A DNA stretch of 64,000 bases from Treponemataceae bacterium (GTDB taxonomy: Bacteria; Spirochaetota; Spirochaetia; Treponematales; Rectinemataceae). Both the position numbers and the translations under genes were made by a program. The stretch covers positions 160,001 to 224,000 of the forward strand of contig CAXXVZ010000004.1 of assembly GCA_963678065.2 (NCBI GenBank), read 5' to 3'. This document shows, piece after piece, positions 9,690 through 21,920 of the stretch. Position 1 is the stretch's first letter; every line of letters begins with the position of its first letter. The notes under the pieces were generated by a model, which saw nothing but the letters and a program-made list of their open reading frames with translations, searched no databases and was not told where the DNA came from.

Positions 9690-10810
9690 TTACTTCCCCT
9701 CCCTTTCGTTCCGGATGCGGCCGGCTTCATCTCCGCCTTGGGCGCAAAAGCGCCTCTGATGCGGTCGAGCATGGAACTCAGTCCATACTGCATGGCGACG
9801 AAGAGCACGATGGAGGCCTGGATGATGCCCGCGATCTCCTTCGGAATCCCTTGAGACTGCATGAGGGGCTGAGCAGCTTTCAACATGCCGAAGAGGAGTC
9901 CTGAAAGCAGGGTTCCGAGAGCCTCGTTGCCTCCGACGAGAGAGACGGCGATGCCGTCGAAGCCGTAACCCTCGGCCGCGCTTATGACCCGTCCGAAGGA
10001 GAAGGTTCCCACCGTGATCACGGCGCCCGCGAGGCCGGCGAAGGCTCCCGAGATCGTCATGGATAGCACGATATTCCTGTCGACCTTCATGCCGGCATAC
10101 TTCGCGGCGTCCTTGTTGAAACCGACGGCGCGCAGGCTGTAGCCGAAAGTCGTCTTGTTTATGACGAACCAGAACACGAGGAGGGCGACTATGACGGGAA
10201 TGAATCCCCAATTGAGGCGCGACCCCTGGGTGATCTGCGAGAGCCAATCGTCCTTGAGGAGGGCGGTTGCGGAGAAAGGTGTCGTTTTGACCCGATCGGC
10301 GGCGCCGAAAATGTTGAGAATAGTATAGTTGTTCACGTGGAGAGCCACGTAGTTCAACATGATGGCGACGACGACTTCGTGGACGTTGAAGCGGGCCTTG
10401 AGTATGCCCGGGATGGCTCCCCAGAGCGCTCCCGCCGCCATGGCCGCGAGAATCACGAGAGGCAGGTGAACAATCTTGGGAGCCTCGACGAGGAGGGCGA
10501 CGGCTGTGGCCGCGAGGCCTCCGATCATGAGCTGGCCCTCGGCGCCGATGTTGAACAGCCCCGTGCGGAAGGCGAAGGCCACTGCGAGGCCCGTGAGGAT
10601 GATCGGCATCGACTGGACTATGAATTCTCCTATATAGCGGGGATTGAAATCGAGGCCTCCCGAGATGTCGAAGCCCGAGACGGCTCTCGTCATGGCGGTG
10701 AGCATGCTGAAAGGCGATTTTCCGGTTATGACGATGATGATCGAGCCGAGGAGGAAGCCGAGGAATACCGCAATCAGGGGCAAAAGGATCTTGTCGCGTT
10801 TTTTTGCCAT
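9686..10810 (-). CDS. Nucleoside ABC transporter permease (NupP/YufP-like)
   Basis: 'GLFNIGAEGQ', 'HEVVVAIMLNY', 'GYGFDGIAV'. Confidence 0.9.
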   Translation of the reverse strand: MAKKRDKILLPLIAVFLGFLLGSIIIVITGKSPFSMLTAMTRAVSGFDISGGLDFNPRYIGEFIVQSMPIILTGLAVAFAFRTGLFNIGAEGQLMIGGLAATAVALLVEAPKIVHLPLVILAAMAAGALWGAIPGILKARFNVHEVVVAIMLNYVALHVNNYTILNIFGAADRVKTTPFSATALLKDDWLSQITQGSRLNWGFIPVIVALLVFWFVINKTTFGYSLRAVGFNKDAAKYAGMKVDRNIVLSMTISGAFAGLAGAVITVGTFSFGRVISAAEGYGFDGIAVSLVGGNEALGTLLSGLLFGMLKAAQPLMQSQGIPKEIAGIIQASIVLFVAMQYGLSSMLDRIRGAFAPKAEMKPAASGTKGRGSK

Positions 10811-10812
10811 GT

Positions 10813-12333
10813 TCAACCGACCTTGCGCATCGAGCCGGACATCATGAGGCCCAGTTCATTTTCGTTGGTCAGGCCGGCATCGACGAGGCCGACTATTTCG
10901 CCGCCGTAGATGACCGCGATGCGGTCACAGACGTCCAGGATCTCGTCGAGCTCAAGCGATACGAGGAGGATGGCCTTGCCCTTGTCCCGCTCGGCGATGA
11001 TCCTCTTGTGGATGTACTCGATGGCGCCCACGTCCAATCCGCGCGTCGGCTGGGCGATAACGAAAACTTCGGGCGAGTGGTTGATCTCGCGCGCGACGAT
11101 GGCCTTCTGCTGGTTGCCGCCCGACATGCTGCGCACCGGCGTGGCGGCGCCTTCTCCGGAGCGCACATCGAACTGCTCTATCAGGAAATCCGCGTTCTTT
11201 TTGATAGCCTTGAAATCCAGAATTCCGTGCTCTGCGAATGGCTTCTTGAAGTAGGAATGCAGGACGAAGTTCTCGTCGAGGCGGAAGTCGAGGATGAGGC
11301 CGTGCTTGTGTCTGTCCTCGGGGATGTGGCCGAGACCCATCTCCGTTCTCGTCATGACGGACAGCTTGGCGATGTCCTTCCCCTTGAGGAGGATGCGGCC
11401 GGATTCGGCCTTGCACAGTCCCGTTATCGCCTGGACGAGCTCGGTCTGGCCGTTTCCGTCGATGCCGCAGAGTCCGAGGATCTCGCCCCGCCTCACTTCG
11501 AGATCGAGGTTTTTCACGCCGAGCAGACCTTTGGAGTTTTTCACGTTGAGCTTCTCGACCCTGAGGAGGACTTCGCCAGGCTTCCCTTCGGCCTTGTCGA
11601 CGTGGAAGCTGACCTCGCGGCCGACCATCATCTCGGCCATCCTCTCCTCGCTCGTATCGGCGACTTTGACGGTGCCGATGCATCTGCCCCGGCGGAGAAC
11701 AGTGCAGACATCGGCGACTTCCTTTATCTCCTTCAGCTTGTGGGTGATGAGGATGATGGTTTTGCCTTCGGCGACGAGCCTGCGCATGATGCCGATGAGT
11801 TCGTGGATCTCCTGGGGGGTGAGGACGGCCGTCGGCTCGTCGAAGATGAGAAGCTCTGCGTCCCGGTAGAGCATCTTGAGAATCTCGACCCTCTGCTGCA
11901 TGCCGACGGAGATATCCTCGATCTTCGCATCGGGGTCGACGTTGAGTCCGTAGAGCTTCGTGAGTTCGGCCACGCGCCTCGATGCTTTTTTGACATCGAT
12001 GACGAGACCCTTCCGGGGTTCCAGGCCGAGGATTATGTTTTCGGTGACGGTAAAGTTGTGCACCAGTTTGAAATGCTGATGCACCATGCCGATGCCGAGG
12101 GCGTTGGCCGCGTTGGGATCGGTAATGCGGGCTTCCGCGCCCCGGATGCGGATCGAGCCGTCATCCGGCTGGTAGAGTCCGAAGAGGATGCTCATGAGGG
12201 TAGATTTCCCCGCCCCATTCTCCCCGAGAAGTGCGTGGATGCTCCCCTTCTCCACCTGCAAGGTGACATGGTCATTCGCCCGGATGCCTGGAAAATCCTT
12301 GGTTATGTCGAGCATCTCGATGACACAGTCCAT
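10813..12333 (-). CDS. Nucleoside ABC transporter ATP-binding protein (CUT2, NupO/YufO-like)
   Basis: 'GENGAGKST', 'GMVHQHFKLV', 'DEPTAVLTPQE', 'SGGNQQK', 'QPTRGLDVGA'. Confidence 0.93.
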   Translation of the reverse strand: MDCVIEMLDITKDFPGIRANDHVTLQVEKGSIHALLGENGAGKSTLMSILFGLYQPDDGSIRIRGAEARITDPNAANALGIGMVHQHFKLVHNFTVTENIILGLEPRKGLVIDVKKASRRVAELTKLYGLNVDPDAKIEDISVGMQQRVEILKMLYRDAELLIFDEPTAVLTPQEIHELIGIMRRLVAEGKTIILITHKLKEIKEVADVCTVLRRGRCIGTVKVADTSEERMAEMMVGREVSFHVDKAEGKPGEVLLRVEKLNVKNSKGLLGVKNLDLEVRRGEILGLCGIDGNGQTELVQAITGLCKAESGRILLKGKDIAKLSVMTRTEMGLGHIPEDRHKHGLILDFRLDENFVLHSYFKKPFAEHGILDFKAIKKNADFLIEQFDVRSGEGAATPVRSMSGGNQQKAIVAREINHSPEVFVIAQPTRGLDVGAIEYIHKRIIAERDKGKAILLVSLELDEILDVCDRIAVIYGGEIVGLVDAGLTNENELGLMMSGSMRKVG

Positions 12334-12362
12334 CGCATGCCCCCCTGTCTAAATTTTCGTCC

Positions 12363-12371
12363 ATTATAGCA
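12363..12371 (-). promoter_or_regulatory. Extended -10 promoter (TGcTATAAT) for the ABC ATPase/permease genes
   Basis: Minus strand reads TGCTATAAT about 30 bp upstream of ATG 12333. Confidence 0.55.
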
Positions 12372-12404
12372 CGGCATAGGCGCTGCAAGCACGGTATCGG
12401 CCGA

Positions 12405-12440
12405 CAAAAATCGACCGCCCTCTCGGACGGCCGACTTTTG
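12405..12440 (-). terminator. Intrinsic terminator after the BMP gene
   Basis: Minus-strand RNA AAAAGUCGGCCGUCC-GAGA-GGGCGGUCGAUUUUUG; the G-U pairs work on this strand and there is a GNRA loop. Confidence 0.7.
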
Positions 12441-12493
12441 ACGATCGCTCGCCCTCCGGGAGGGCCGATCGTTCAGATGCGGAACAAAACTGA

Positions 12494-13513
12494 TTACTTG
12501 GCGGGAACCTCGGGAACTTCGAGCTTGCCGGTGGCGATCTTGGTCTCGTAGTCCTTCACGGTCTGGATGATGGCCGCGCTGAGGTTGGGGTTTTCGGCGG
12601 GGATGCCGACGCCCTTGTTCTTCAGGGAGAAGACGAGGACCTGGCCGCCGGGGAATTTGCCGTCCATGACCATCTTGGCGACATTGTACGCTGCGACGTC
12701 GACGCGCTTCATCATTGAGGTGAGGACTGCGGACTTGGTGCCGTACATGCCATCCTTGTACTGGTCTTTGTCGACGCCGATGGCCCAGCGGATGTCTCCC
12801 TTCTGCGAGCGTTCCTTGGCTTCCTTGATCATGCCGTTTCCGGTGCCGCCCGCGGCGTGGAAGATGATGTAGGCGCCGGCGTTGAACTGTTTCTGGGCGA
12901 TGGCCTGTCCCTTGTCCGGGGCGGCGAAATCACCGGCGTAGTCCACGAGGATGGTGCACTCGGGGTAGGCGGCCTTGACTCCGGCCTGGAAACCGGCCTG
13001 GAACTTCTCGATGAGGGGGAACTGCATTCCGCCGAGGAATCCGACGACTTTCTTGCCGTCGACCTTGGCCTTGAGCCCGGCCGCGACGCCGACGAGGAAG
13101 GATCCCTCGTGCTCGGCGAAGACCGCGTTGGCGACATTCGTGATATTCTTGCCGTTCTTGTCCTGCACAATGGAGTCGATGATGAGGAACTTCTGGGTGG
13201 GATTCTGGCCGGCGACTTCGGTCATCGCGTTGTTGAAGAGGAAACCCGGGGCTACGATGAGGTCGAGCTTCTCATCGGCGAAGGTGGCGAGGTTGGGTAC
13301 ATAGTCGGCCTCGGCGGAGGACTGGAGGTACTTGTAGTTGGCCTTGGGGAGCTTGTTATCGACCGCGAAGCGGACGATGCCTTCCCAGGTTCCCTGGTTG
13401 AAGGACTTGTCGTCGATGCCGCCGATGTCGGTGACGAGACCGACTTTGATCTGTGCAAAAACCGGAGCCGCAACCATGGCGACGATGAGAAGCATGAACA
13501 GCGCTTTCTTCAT
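12494..13513 (-). CDS. BMP-family nucleoside-binding protein (PnrA/TmpC-like)
   Basis: 'DIGGIDDKSFNQ', 'FAEHEGSFLVG', 'FHAAGGTG', 'IGVDKDQ', 'TSMMKRVD'; signal peptide; SD AAGGAGG. Confidence 0.93.
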   Translation of the reverse strand: MKKALFMLLIVAMVAAPVFAQIKVGLVTDIGGIDDKSFNQGTWEGIVRFAVDNKLPKANYKYLQSSAEADYVPNLATFADEKLDLIVAPGFLFNNAMTEVAGQNPTQKFLIIDSIVQDKNGKNITNVANAVFAEHEGSFLVGVAAGLKAKVDGKKVVGFLGGMQFPLIEKFQAGFQAGVKAAYPECTILVDYAGDFAAPDKGQAIAQKQFNAGAYIIFHAAGGTGNGMIKEAKERSQKGDIRWAIGVDKDQYKDGMYGTKSAVLTSMMKRVDVAAYNVAKMVMDGKFPGGQVLVFSLKNKGVGIPAENPNLSAAIIQTVKDYETKIATGKLEVPEVPAK

Positions 13514-13543
13514 TGAAAGCCTCCTTGTTTGGACTGAAATGTC

Positions 13544-13572
13544 ATTTTAATGGCGTCGGGGCGGGTTGTCAA
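13544..13572 (-). promoter_or_regulatory. Sigma70-type promoter for the BMP gene
   Basis: TTGACA-17 bp-TAAAAT. Confidence 0.75.
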
Positions 13573-13596
13573 CAAATAAACCTCACCCGCGGATCC

Positions 13597-13690
13597 CGTT
13601 CACGATGATGCCCACCGTGAACATCAAATTATCTCGTTCACAATGATGCCCACCATCGTAAACATCAAATTATCTCGTTCACGATGGTGA
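13597..13690. repeat. About 2.4 tandem copies of a 38-41 bp unit copying the deoC 3' end, with internal inverted repeats
   Basis: cgttcacgatgatgcccaccgtgaacatcaaattatct / cgttcacaatgatgcccaccatcgtaaacatcaaattatct / cgttcacgatggtga. Confidence 0.85.
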
Positions 13691-14348
13691 CGCCGCTGGA
13701 GGCGCCAATTCTGTCCGCCCCGGCCTCCAGCATGGCCACGGCGTCGGAGAGGGTCCGGATTCCGCCGGAGGCCTTCACCTTGAGCCCGGCCGCCGCGACG
13801 GTCTTCTTCATGAGCCGTACATCCTCGACGGTCGCCCCTCCGGTTCCGAAGCCCGTGCTCGTCTTGACGAAGTGAGCGCCGGCCTTTACGGCGGCCTCGC
13901 AGGCCTTCACCTTCTCGGCGTCGGTGAGGTAGCAGGTTTCGATGATGACCTTGACGGTGACCTTTGGTCCTGCAAAGAGAGCGGCGTCCACGACGGCCCG
14001 GATGTCGGACTCGACGAGAGCCCAGTCGCCGGCCTTCGCGGCGCCGAGATTGATCACCATGTCGACCTCCTGAGCGCCCTGCGTCACGGCGAGCCTGGCC
14101 TCTCCGGCCTTGACCGCGCTCGTGTTGGCGCCGAGGGGGAAGCCGATGACGGTGCAGACCAGAACCTGCGTTCCGGCGAGCTCTGCCGCGCAGAGCGAGA
14201 CCCAGCAGGGATTGACGCAGACGGAGGCGAATCCGTACTTCTTGGCCTCGGCACAGAGATCCTTTATGGCCTTTTCGGTTCCGACTGCCTTGAGCAGGGT
14301 GTGGTCGATCGTCGACGCGACGGCGCTCCTCGTTATGGCATTGCTCAT
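13665..14348 (-). CDS. deoC: Deoxyribose-phosphate aldolase
   Basis: 'IDHTLLK', 'VIGFPLGA', 'KVIIETCYL', 'VKTSTGF', 'KASGGIR', 'RIGASSG'. Confidence 0.97.
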   Translation of the reverse strand: MSNAITRSAVASTIDHTLLKAVGTEKAIKDLCAEAKKYGFASVCVNPCWVSLCAAELAGTQVLVCTVIGFPLGANTSAVKAGEARLAVTQGAQEVDMVINLGAAKAGDWALVESDIRAVVDAALFAGPKVTVKVIIETCYLTDAEKVKACEAAVKAGAHFVKTSTGFGTGGATVEDVRLMKKTVAAAGLKVKASGGIRTLSDAVAMLEAGADRIGASSGVTIVNEII

Positions 14349-14365
14349 GTGTTGACTCCTTTCGG

Positions 14366-14920
14366 TTATATTTCGAACATCCGGGAGAGATATTCCCGGC
14401 GGGTGGCGACAAGTTCCATGAGTTCGGCGAGCATGCGCCTGTCCACGCGCTCGGCGATCGGATACACGTAGCGCTCCGTCTCGTCGGTGTAGCGGCGGAC
14501 GAACTCGACATCGGTGACGTAGCCCAGGCTGATCATGTTGGAGATGCGGTCGGCGGACTTGAGCACGCGCGCCTTGTCGGAGCCGAACTCGAGTATTCTC
14601 GCGAGGAACTCGGACTTCGTCTCGATGGGGCTGCGGGTCACTTCGAGCACGAGCTTGTAGACGTCGACCGACTCATCGTCGATCTCGAGGATGCGGTCCC
14701 GGTCGAAATCGGGCACGTCCTCGACGAGGTCGTGGACCATCGAGGCCTTGAGGAGGACTGAGTCTATGTAGCCGTAGTCCATGAGGATGCCGAATGTGTC
14801 GACCTGGTGGCGGAACATGTTGCCGCCGGAAAGACGGCGTTTGCCTATGAGGGCCGTCGCCAGCTGAATGTAGGGGGCGAGGTGCATGTTCTTGAGCCGA
14901 AGCATGTCGGTCTTGTCCAT
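14366..14920 (-). CDS. Stand-alone HD-domain protein, RelA/SpoT hydrolase (small alarmone hydrolase/Mesh1)-like
   Basis: 'KRRLSGG..FRH', 'VHDLVED', 'LVLEVT', '[11 protein letters not shown]'. Alternative start 14971 overlaps the valS stop. Confidence 0.7.
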   Translation of the reverse strand: MDKTDMLRLKNMHLAPYIQLATALIGKRRLSGGNMFRHQVDTFGILMDYGYIDSVLLKASMVHDLVEDVPDFDRDRILEIDDESVDVYKLVLEVTRSPIETKSEFLARILEFGSDKARVLKSADRISNMISLGYVTDVEFVRRYTDETERYVYPIAERVDRRMLAELMELVATRREYLSRMFEI

Positions 14921-14967
14921 GGTCGCCTCGACCCCGTCGCGGGGGGGGAGACCGCCCCGCCCATCGT

Positions 14968-17625
<2,658 letters not shown>

Positions 17626-17698
17626 ACGGGAAGCCTCCATCCGGGATGTACAGTGTGCCCCTTCCGGGAACGCCGGAGCGGACGATCTGTGCAGGATA

Positions 17699-20600
17699 TC
17701 AGATTCCGCCCGTCTTTTCAAAGGGTGAAGAGAGACTGAAGGAAAATACCGCGCCTGCGCCCGGCTTTCCGGATGCCCGGACCATTCCGCCGTGGCGGCT
17801 CACGATGCGCTTCACGAGGGCGAGCCCGACGCCCGTGCCCTCGAACTGTTCCGAGCTGTGAAGTCTCTGGAAGGGGCCGAAGAGTTTGCCCGCGTAGTCC
17901 TCGTCGAATCCGACGCCGGAGTCCCGCACGAAGTAGAAGGTCCGCCCCTCCCTCTCTTCGAATCCCGCCTCGACCCGGTGGACGGGACTCGGCGCGGAGT
18001 ACTTGACGGCGTTCGAGAGGAGATTGACCCATATCTGCTTGACGAGAGAAGGATCGCCGAGGGCAGGCGGAAGCTTGTCCACGGTGAAGACAAAATCTGT
18101 CGGCCTGTCCTGGGGCATGAGTTCGAACCAGGTCGAGAGGGCCATGGCCTCCATGTCGATCGTCTTCATCTTCATCTCGATCGTGCCGATCCGGGAGAGC
18201 GAGAGGATATCGCCGATGAGGGTGTTCATCTTCACCGTGTTCCTGCGGATCACGCCGAAGAGGCGCAGGCCCTCCGCATCGAGGATGGGGGCGTACTTCT
18301 TCTCGATCATCGACGAGAAGCCCTCGATGGCCCGCAGGGGAGCGCGCAGGTCGTGCGAGACCGAGTAGGAAAAAGCCTCGAGTTCGGCGTTGATGGATTT
18401 GAGCTGGGCTGTCCTCTCCTCCACCCGGCGCTCGAGGTCGGTGTTGAGGGCGTTGATGGTTTTCTCGGACTCGATGTGCTCGGTTATGTCGGTCATGGTG
18501 CCGATGTACCGGACCACCTTTCCGTCCTGGTCGATCTCCGGCACGACCTGGCCCATAACCCAGACGACCCGACCGTCGGCGTGGAGGAAGCGATACTCCG
18601 CCTGTCCGGAGTCACCTTTGTCCACCGTGCATCTCCAGCCTGAGAGGTTCTCGCCTCTATCATCGGGGTACAGGGCCCGGAGCCAGCCGTAGCCCATGGC
18701 TTCCTCCGCCGGAATGCCGGAGAGATCGCACCATTTCGGATTGACATAGGTTGTCTCCCCGGAGGCATCCGTGAGGAAGATGCCGACGGGAGCGGATTCC
18801 GCCAGAATCTGGAACTGACCGCGGCTCTCTCTGAGCTGACGCTCCGCGCATCTGAGATCGACGAGCACGGAAGCGTTTGAAAGCGCGTTGGCCGCGCTGG
18901 CCGCGAGCCCCTCGAGGAGGGCTATTTCCTTTTCAGAGAAACCGCCTCTTCTGTCGCCCGCGAGGAAGCAGGCGAGAAGTCTTCCGTCGTGACCGTGGAT
19001 GGGGATGCCCGCACAGTTCCGGAAAGCGATCCGATTCCGGTGTTCGGGCACCACATACGGGTCGTGCTCCGCATCGTTCGTGAAATAGGAGCGGCCCGTC
19101 TCGGCGATGTGGCCGGGAATACCGATCCCGGGCCCGTAGGTGCACTGGATCGGGAAGACTTTGCCGGCACTGTTCAATTCCGTGAAGATGAACCTTCCCT
19201 CCTCGAATCTCCCCGCCGATCCGTACTCCGCCCCCACCAGCTCCCTGGCCGCGGCGACGAGAGTGCGCAGGATGACCGGATACTCGAGGACAGAGTTCAG
19301 ATCCTTGGCGGCCTGCGTGAGCTTGTCGAGCTGTGCATTCCGCGTCTCGAGGTCTTCGCGCGCCTGGTTGCGTTCGGTCACGTCGGTGATGAAGCCCTCG
19401 AGCGCCAGCACTTCCCCGTTTTTCCCATACACCGCGACGCCCTGCTCCCAGACCCATTTCTCGACGCCGGATCGCGTGCGGATGCGGTATTCGGCCGTGA
19501 ACGCCTTCCTTTCCGCCACGGCCACCGTAAAGCGCTCGCGTATCCATGCCCTGTCGTCGGGATGAATGATGTCGTTGAAGGACAGGGTGGCGTTGCCGAC
19601 GAGGTCCGCGGGAGCATATCCGGTGAGCTCCGGCGCTCCATCCGACACGAATTCCATGGTCCACTTCTCATCGTTGGCACAGCGGTAGGACATTCCGGGA
19701 AGGTTGGTCATGAGAGTCGACAAAGAGCGCAGGCTTTCCCTGCTGCGATCTTCGGCACGATCCCGCTCGGAGATGAAGCGCGCCTGCTGGATGTTCTGAT
19801 AGGCTTTGCCGGAGAGTTCCCGGGCAAAAAGATGAAGGAGGCGCGCAATCTTCGCGAACTCCTCCCGGGACATGACCGATACCTCGGACAGGGCCTCTCT
19901 GAATGCGCTCCGGTCGATTCCGAACCTGTCGGAGTTTCCGACAAGCGAGTCGATATCGGACCTGGCATCCCGGACCTCTCCGATTATCCAGTTCGCGATG
20001 TGTTTCCCGCCGACCACGATCGAGACGCCGGCGTTGAGGAGCCCTGCGGCGAGACAGGGCATTATGACCGGCGCCGACTCGTCGAACATGCCGCCGAGAA
20101 CCGAATCCGATTCGCAGCAGACGGCGAAACCCTCCGCCGAAGTCTGGATGAGATCGCGGCAGAGCCTGCAGGGGTTGCTCAGTTTTGTGATAGGTTTCCC
20201 GTCCGGATACCCGATTATGGAGGAGACGCCGTGAGCCTGGGCAAAGGCATCCTGAATCTCCTGGATTTCGTCGATGTCGAAGAGGTCGGTGAAATCGGGG
20301 GGAGCAGAGCTGTCGAGGGGAAGAGTGAGGGCGAGAATGCGCCTGTGAAGGGCCGCCTGGGCGTTTCTCTGCTCCGTCGTATCGCTCGCGTAGCAGAGAA
20401 AGCGGTCGGGGGCGACTTGCGCGGAGCTGACTTTCCATGATCGCCTCTCGCCTGATGCGTGCACATAGTCGAGCTCGATATCGAGCTGTCTGCCTTCTTT
20501 CGTCTCTGCGAAGTACCTGGCGGCCGCTTCCTTCATGTCGTCGGGAATGAGGTCGAGGAAGTTTTTGGATAGCAGGTCCGCGGTCGCGTATCCCGTAATT

Positions 20601-21043
20601 CTGCATGCCGATTCGTTGACCTCGATATAGTCGCCGTTTCCGTCGACGAGGAAGACTCCGTTCGGCGAACGGTCGACGTAGGTTTTGAATCTGTCCCCGA
20701 TCTCGCGGGCTTCGGAGAACGCGGTCTTTCGCTCACATTTTTCAGTCACGAGCCGATCGGCCTCGACGATGAGGGTCTTTTCGCAGCGGTCAAGACTCCA
20801 GGAGCCGGCACAGATGAAGATGAAGGAGCTTGCCAGGTAGACCAGATTGCTGAGGTAGAGCGGAATGTGGGAGTCGAAAATGGTTCCCGCAAAGATACGG
20901 TAATCCGCGAGACCGACAAGAGTATACATCAGACTCGCCGAGAGGCAGAGAAAGAGGACATTCCTGGTCTTCAGCCTGAACAGGTGATCGGTGTGACAGT
21001 CATCGGAGGCTTCGCGGTCGTCGGCAATTCTGGTGCCGTTCAT
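17699..21043 (-). CDS. Multi-sensor histidine kinase (2TM-PAS-PocR-PAS-GAF-PAS-HisKA-HATPase), orphan
   Basis: PocR-like segment 'IQEIQDAFAQAHGV...SNPCRLC...CLAAGLLNAGVSIVVGGKHIANWIIGEV', PAS repeats, GAF, H-box 'SHDLRAPL'. Confidence 0.9.
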   Translation of the reverse strand: MNGTRIADDREASDDCHTDHLFRLKTRNVLFLCLSASLMYTLVGLADYRIFAGTIFDSHIPLYLSNLVYLASSFIFICAGSWSLDRCEKTLIVEADRLVTEKCERKTAFSEAREIGDRFKTYVDRSPNGVFLVDGNGDYIEVNESACRITGYATADLLSKNFLDLIPDDMKEAAARYFAETKEGRQLDIELDYVHASGERRSWKVSSAQVAPDRFLCYASDTTEQRNAQAALHRRILALTLPLDSSAPPDFTDLFDIDEIQEIQDAFAQAHGVSSIIGYPDGKPITKLSNPCRLCRDLIQTSAEGFAVCCESDSVLGGMFDESAPVIMPCLAAGLLNAGVSIVVGGKHIANWIIGEVRDARSDIDSLVGNSDRFGIDRSAFREALSEVSVMSREEFAKIARLLHLFARELSGKAYQNIQQARFISERDRAEDRSRESLRSLSTLMTNLPGMSYRCANDEKWTMEFVSDGAPELTGYAPADLVGNATLSFNDIIHPDDRAWIRERFTVAVAERKAFTAEYRIRTRSGVEKWVWEQGVAVYGKNGEVLALEGFITDVTERNQAREDLETRNAQLDKLTQAAKDLNSVLEYPVILRTLVAAARELVGAEYGSAGRFEEGRFIFTELNSAGKVFPIQCTYGPGIGIPGHIAETGRSYFTNDAEHDPYVVPEHRNRIAFRNCAGIPIHGHDGRLLACFLAGDRRGGFSEKEIALLEGLAASAANALSNASVLVDLRCAERQLRESRGQFQILAESAPVGIFLTDASGETTYVNPKWCDLSGIPAEEAMGYGWLRALYPDDRGENLSGWRCTVDKGDSGQAEYRFLHADGRVVWVMGQVVPEIDQDGKVVRYIGTMTDITEHIESEKTINALNTDLERRVEERTAQLKSINAELEAFSYSVSHDLRAPLRAIEGFSSMIEKKYAPILDAEGLRLFGVIRRNTVKMNTLIGDILSLSRIGTIEMKMKTIDMEAMALSTWFELMPQDRPTDFVFTVDKLPPALGDPSLVKQIWVNLLSNAVKYSAPSPVHRVEAGFEEREGRTFYFVRDSGVGFDEDYAGKLFGPFQRLHSSEQFEGTGVGLALVKRIVSRHGGMVRASGKPGAGAVFSFSLSSPFEKTGGI

Positions 21044-21131
21044 GATGAGTGAAGTTTAAACCAGAGCGCCGCGGAATACCATGACGAAAACCTTGCCGAG
21101 CAGGCTTTGGGGCCCTTGAGAGCCCGGACCT

Positions 21132-21725
21132 TCAGGCCCTGAGACCTTCGATGAGGACCTTGGTGGACGCGACCGTTTCTTCCAGGGAGATGTTGTCGTA
21201 CAGGACGCTATGGATGGCGGCCGCTTCGACAAGGGAAAAAAGCGTGAACCCCATCGATTTGGCGGAAACCTGCTTCAATTCGCCGCTCTTTACTCCAGCT
21301 TCGAGGAGCCGCTCCACGGAGGCGCGGAGTTCCCGGACTTTGCCGCTGACATCGAAGCTCATGCCGGGAATTATGCGTTTGGGGTGAAGGAGGAAATCGA
21401 GGACGAGGATCATCCTCTCCTTGTCTTCGACCGCGACCTTCTCGAGAAAGAAAAGGAGGTCGAGCAGTTTCTCCGTGGCGGAGTTTCCTGGCTTCTCCGC
21501 GACCGATTCGATATCCTTCATGAGGCGACTGAAGATTTCCTCCAGCGAGAACGCGAGAACTTCGTCGATGTTCCGGAAGTATTGATACATGGTTGTCCTG
21601 CCAAAGCTGCAGAGCGCCGCGACAGTCCCCAGATGAGCTTCCCGGATTCCATCCCGCACGAAAACGCTTATCGCGGTTTGGGCAATCTCCCTTCTTTTTG
21701 CGTCATGGTCGATAATTTTGGGCAT
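21132..21725 (-). CDS. TetR/AcrR family transcriptional regulator
   Basis: 'MPKIIDHDAKRREIA...GRTTMYQYF' HTH; SD AGGAG. Confidence 0.88.
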   Translation of the reverse strand: MPKIIDHDAKRREIAQTAISVFVRDGIREAHLGTVAALCSFGRTTMYQYFRNIDEVLAFSLEEIFSRLMKDIESVAEKPGNSATEKLLDLLFFLEKVAVEDKERMILVLDFLLHPKRIIPGMSFDVSGKVRELRASVERLLEAGVKSGELKQVSAKSMGFTLFSLVEAAAIHSVLYDNISLEETVASTKVLIEGLRA

Positions 21726-21920
21726 GATCTCTCCTGATCGATTCCGGAGTATACCGGTTCGACGCGCGGGCCGCAATTAACTGTCTCCGGGACTGCCGTC
21801 AGATGCGGAAATACCTGCTGGCATTGGTTCGTTTCATGTCGACAATACCGCACGACAATACGCAAAACTTGACCCTCTCGGTCTCCATGGATTACCATCG
21901 CCCAGGTCGGAGGCAGGTTC

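Noticed and set aside
13597..13690. Possible mini-CRISPR array
   Set aside because: The units are contiguous with no unique spacers, they copy the deoC coding end, and there are no cas genes.
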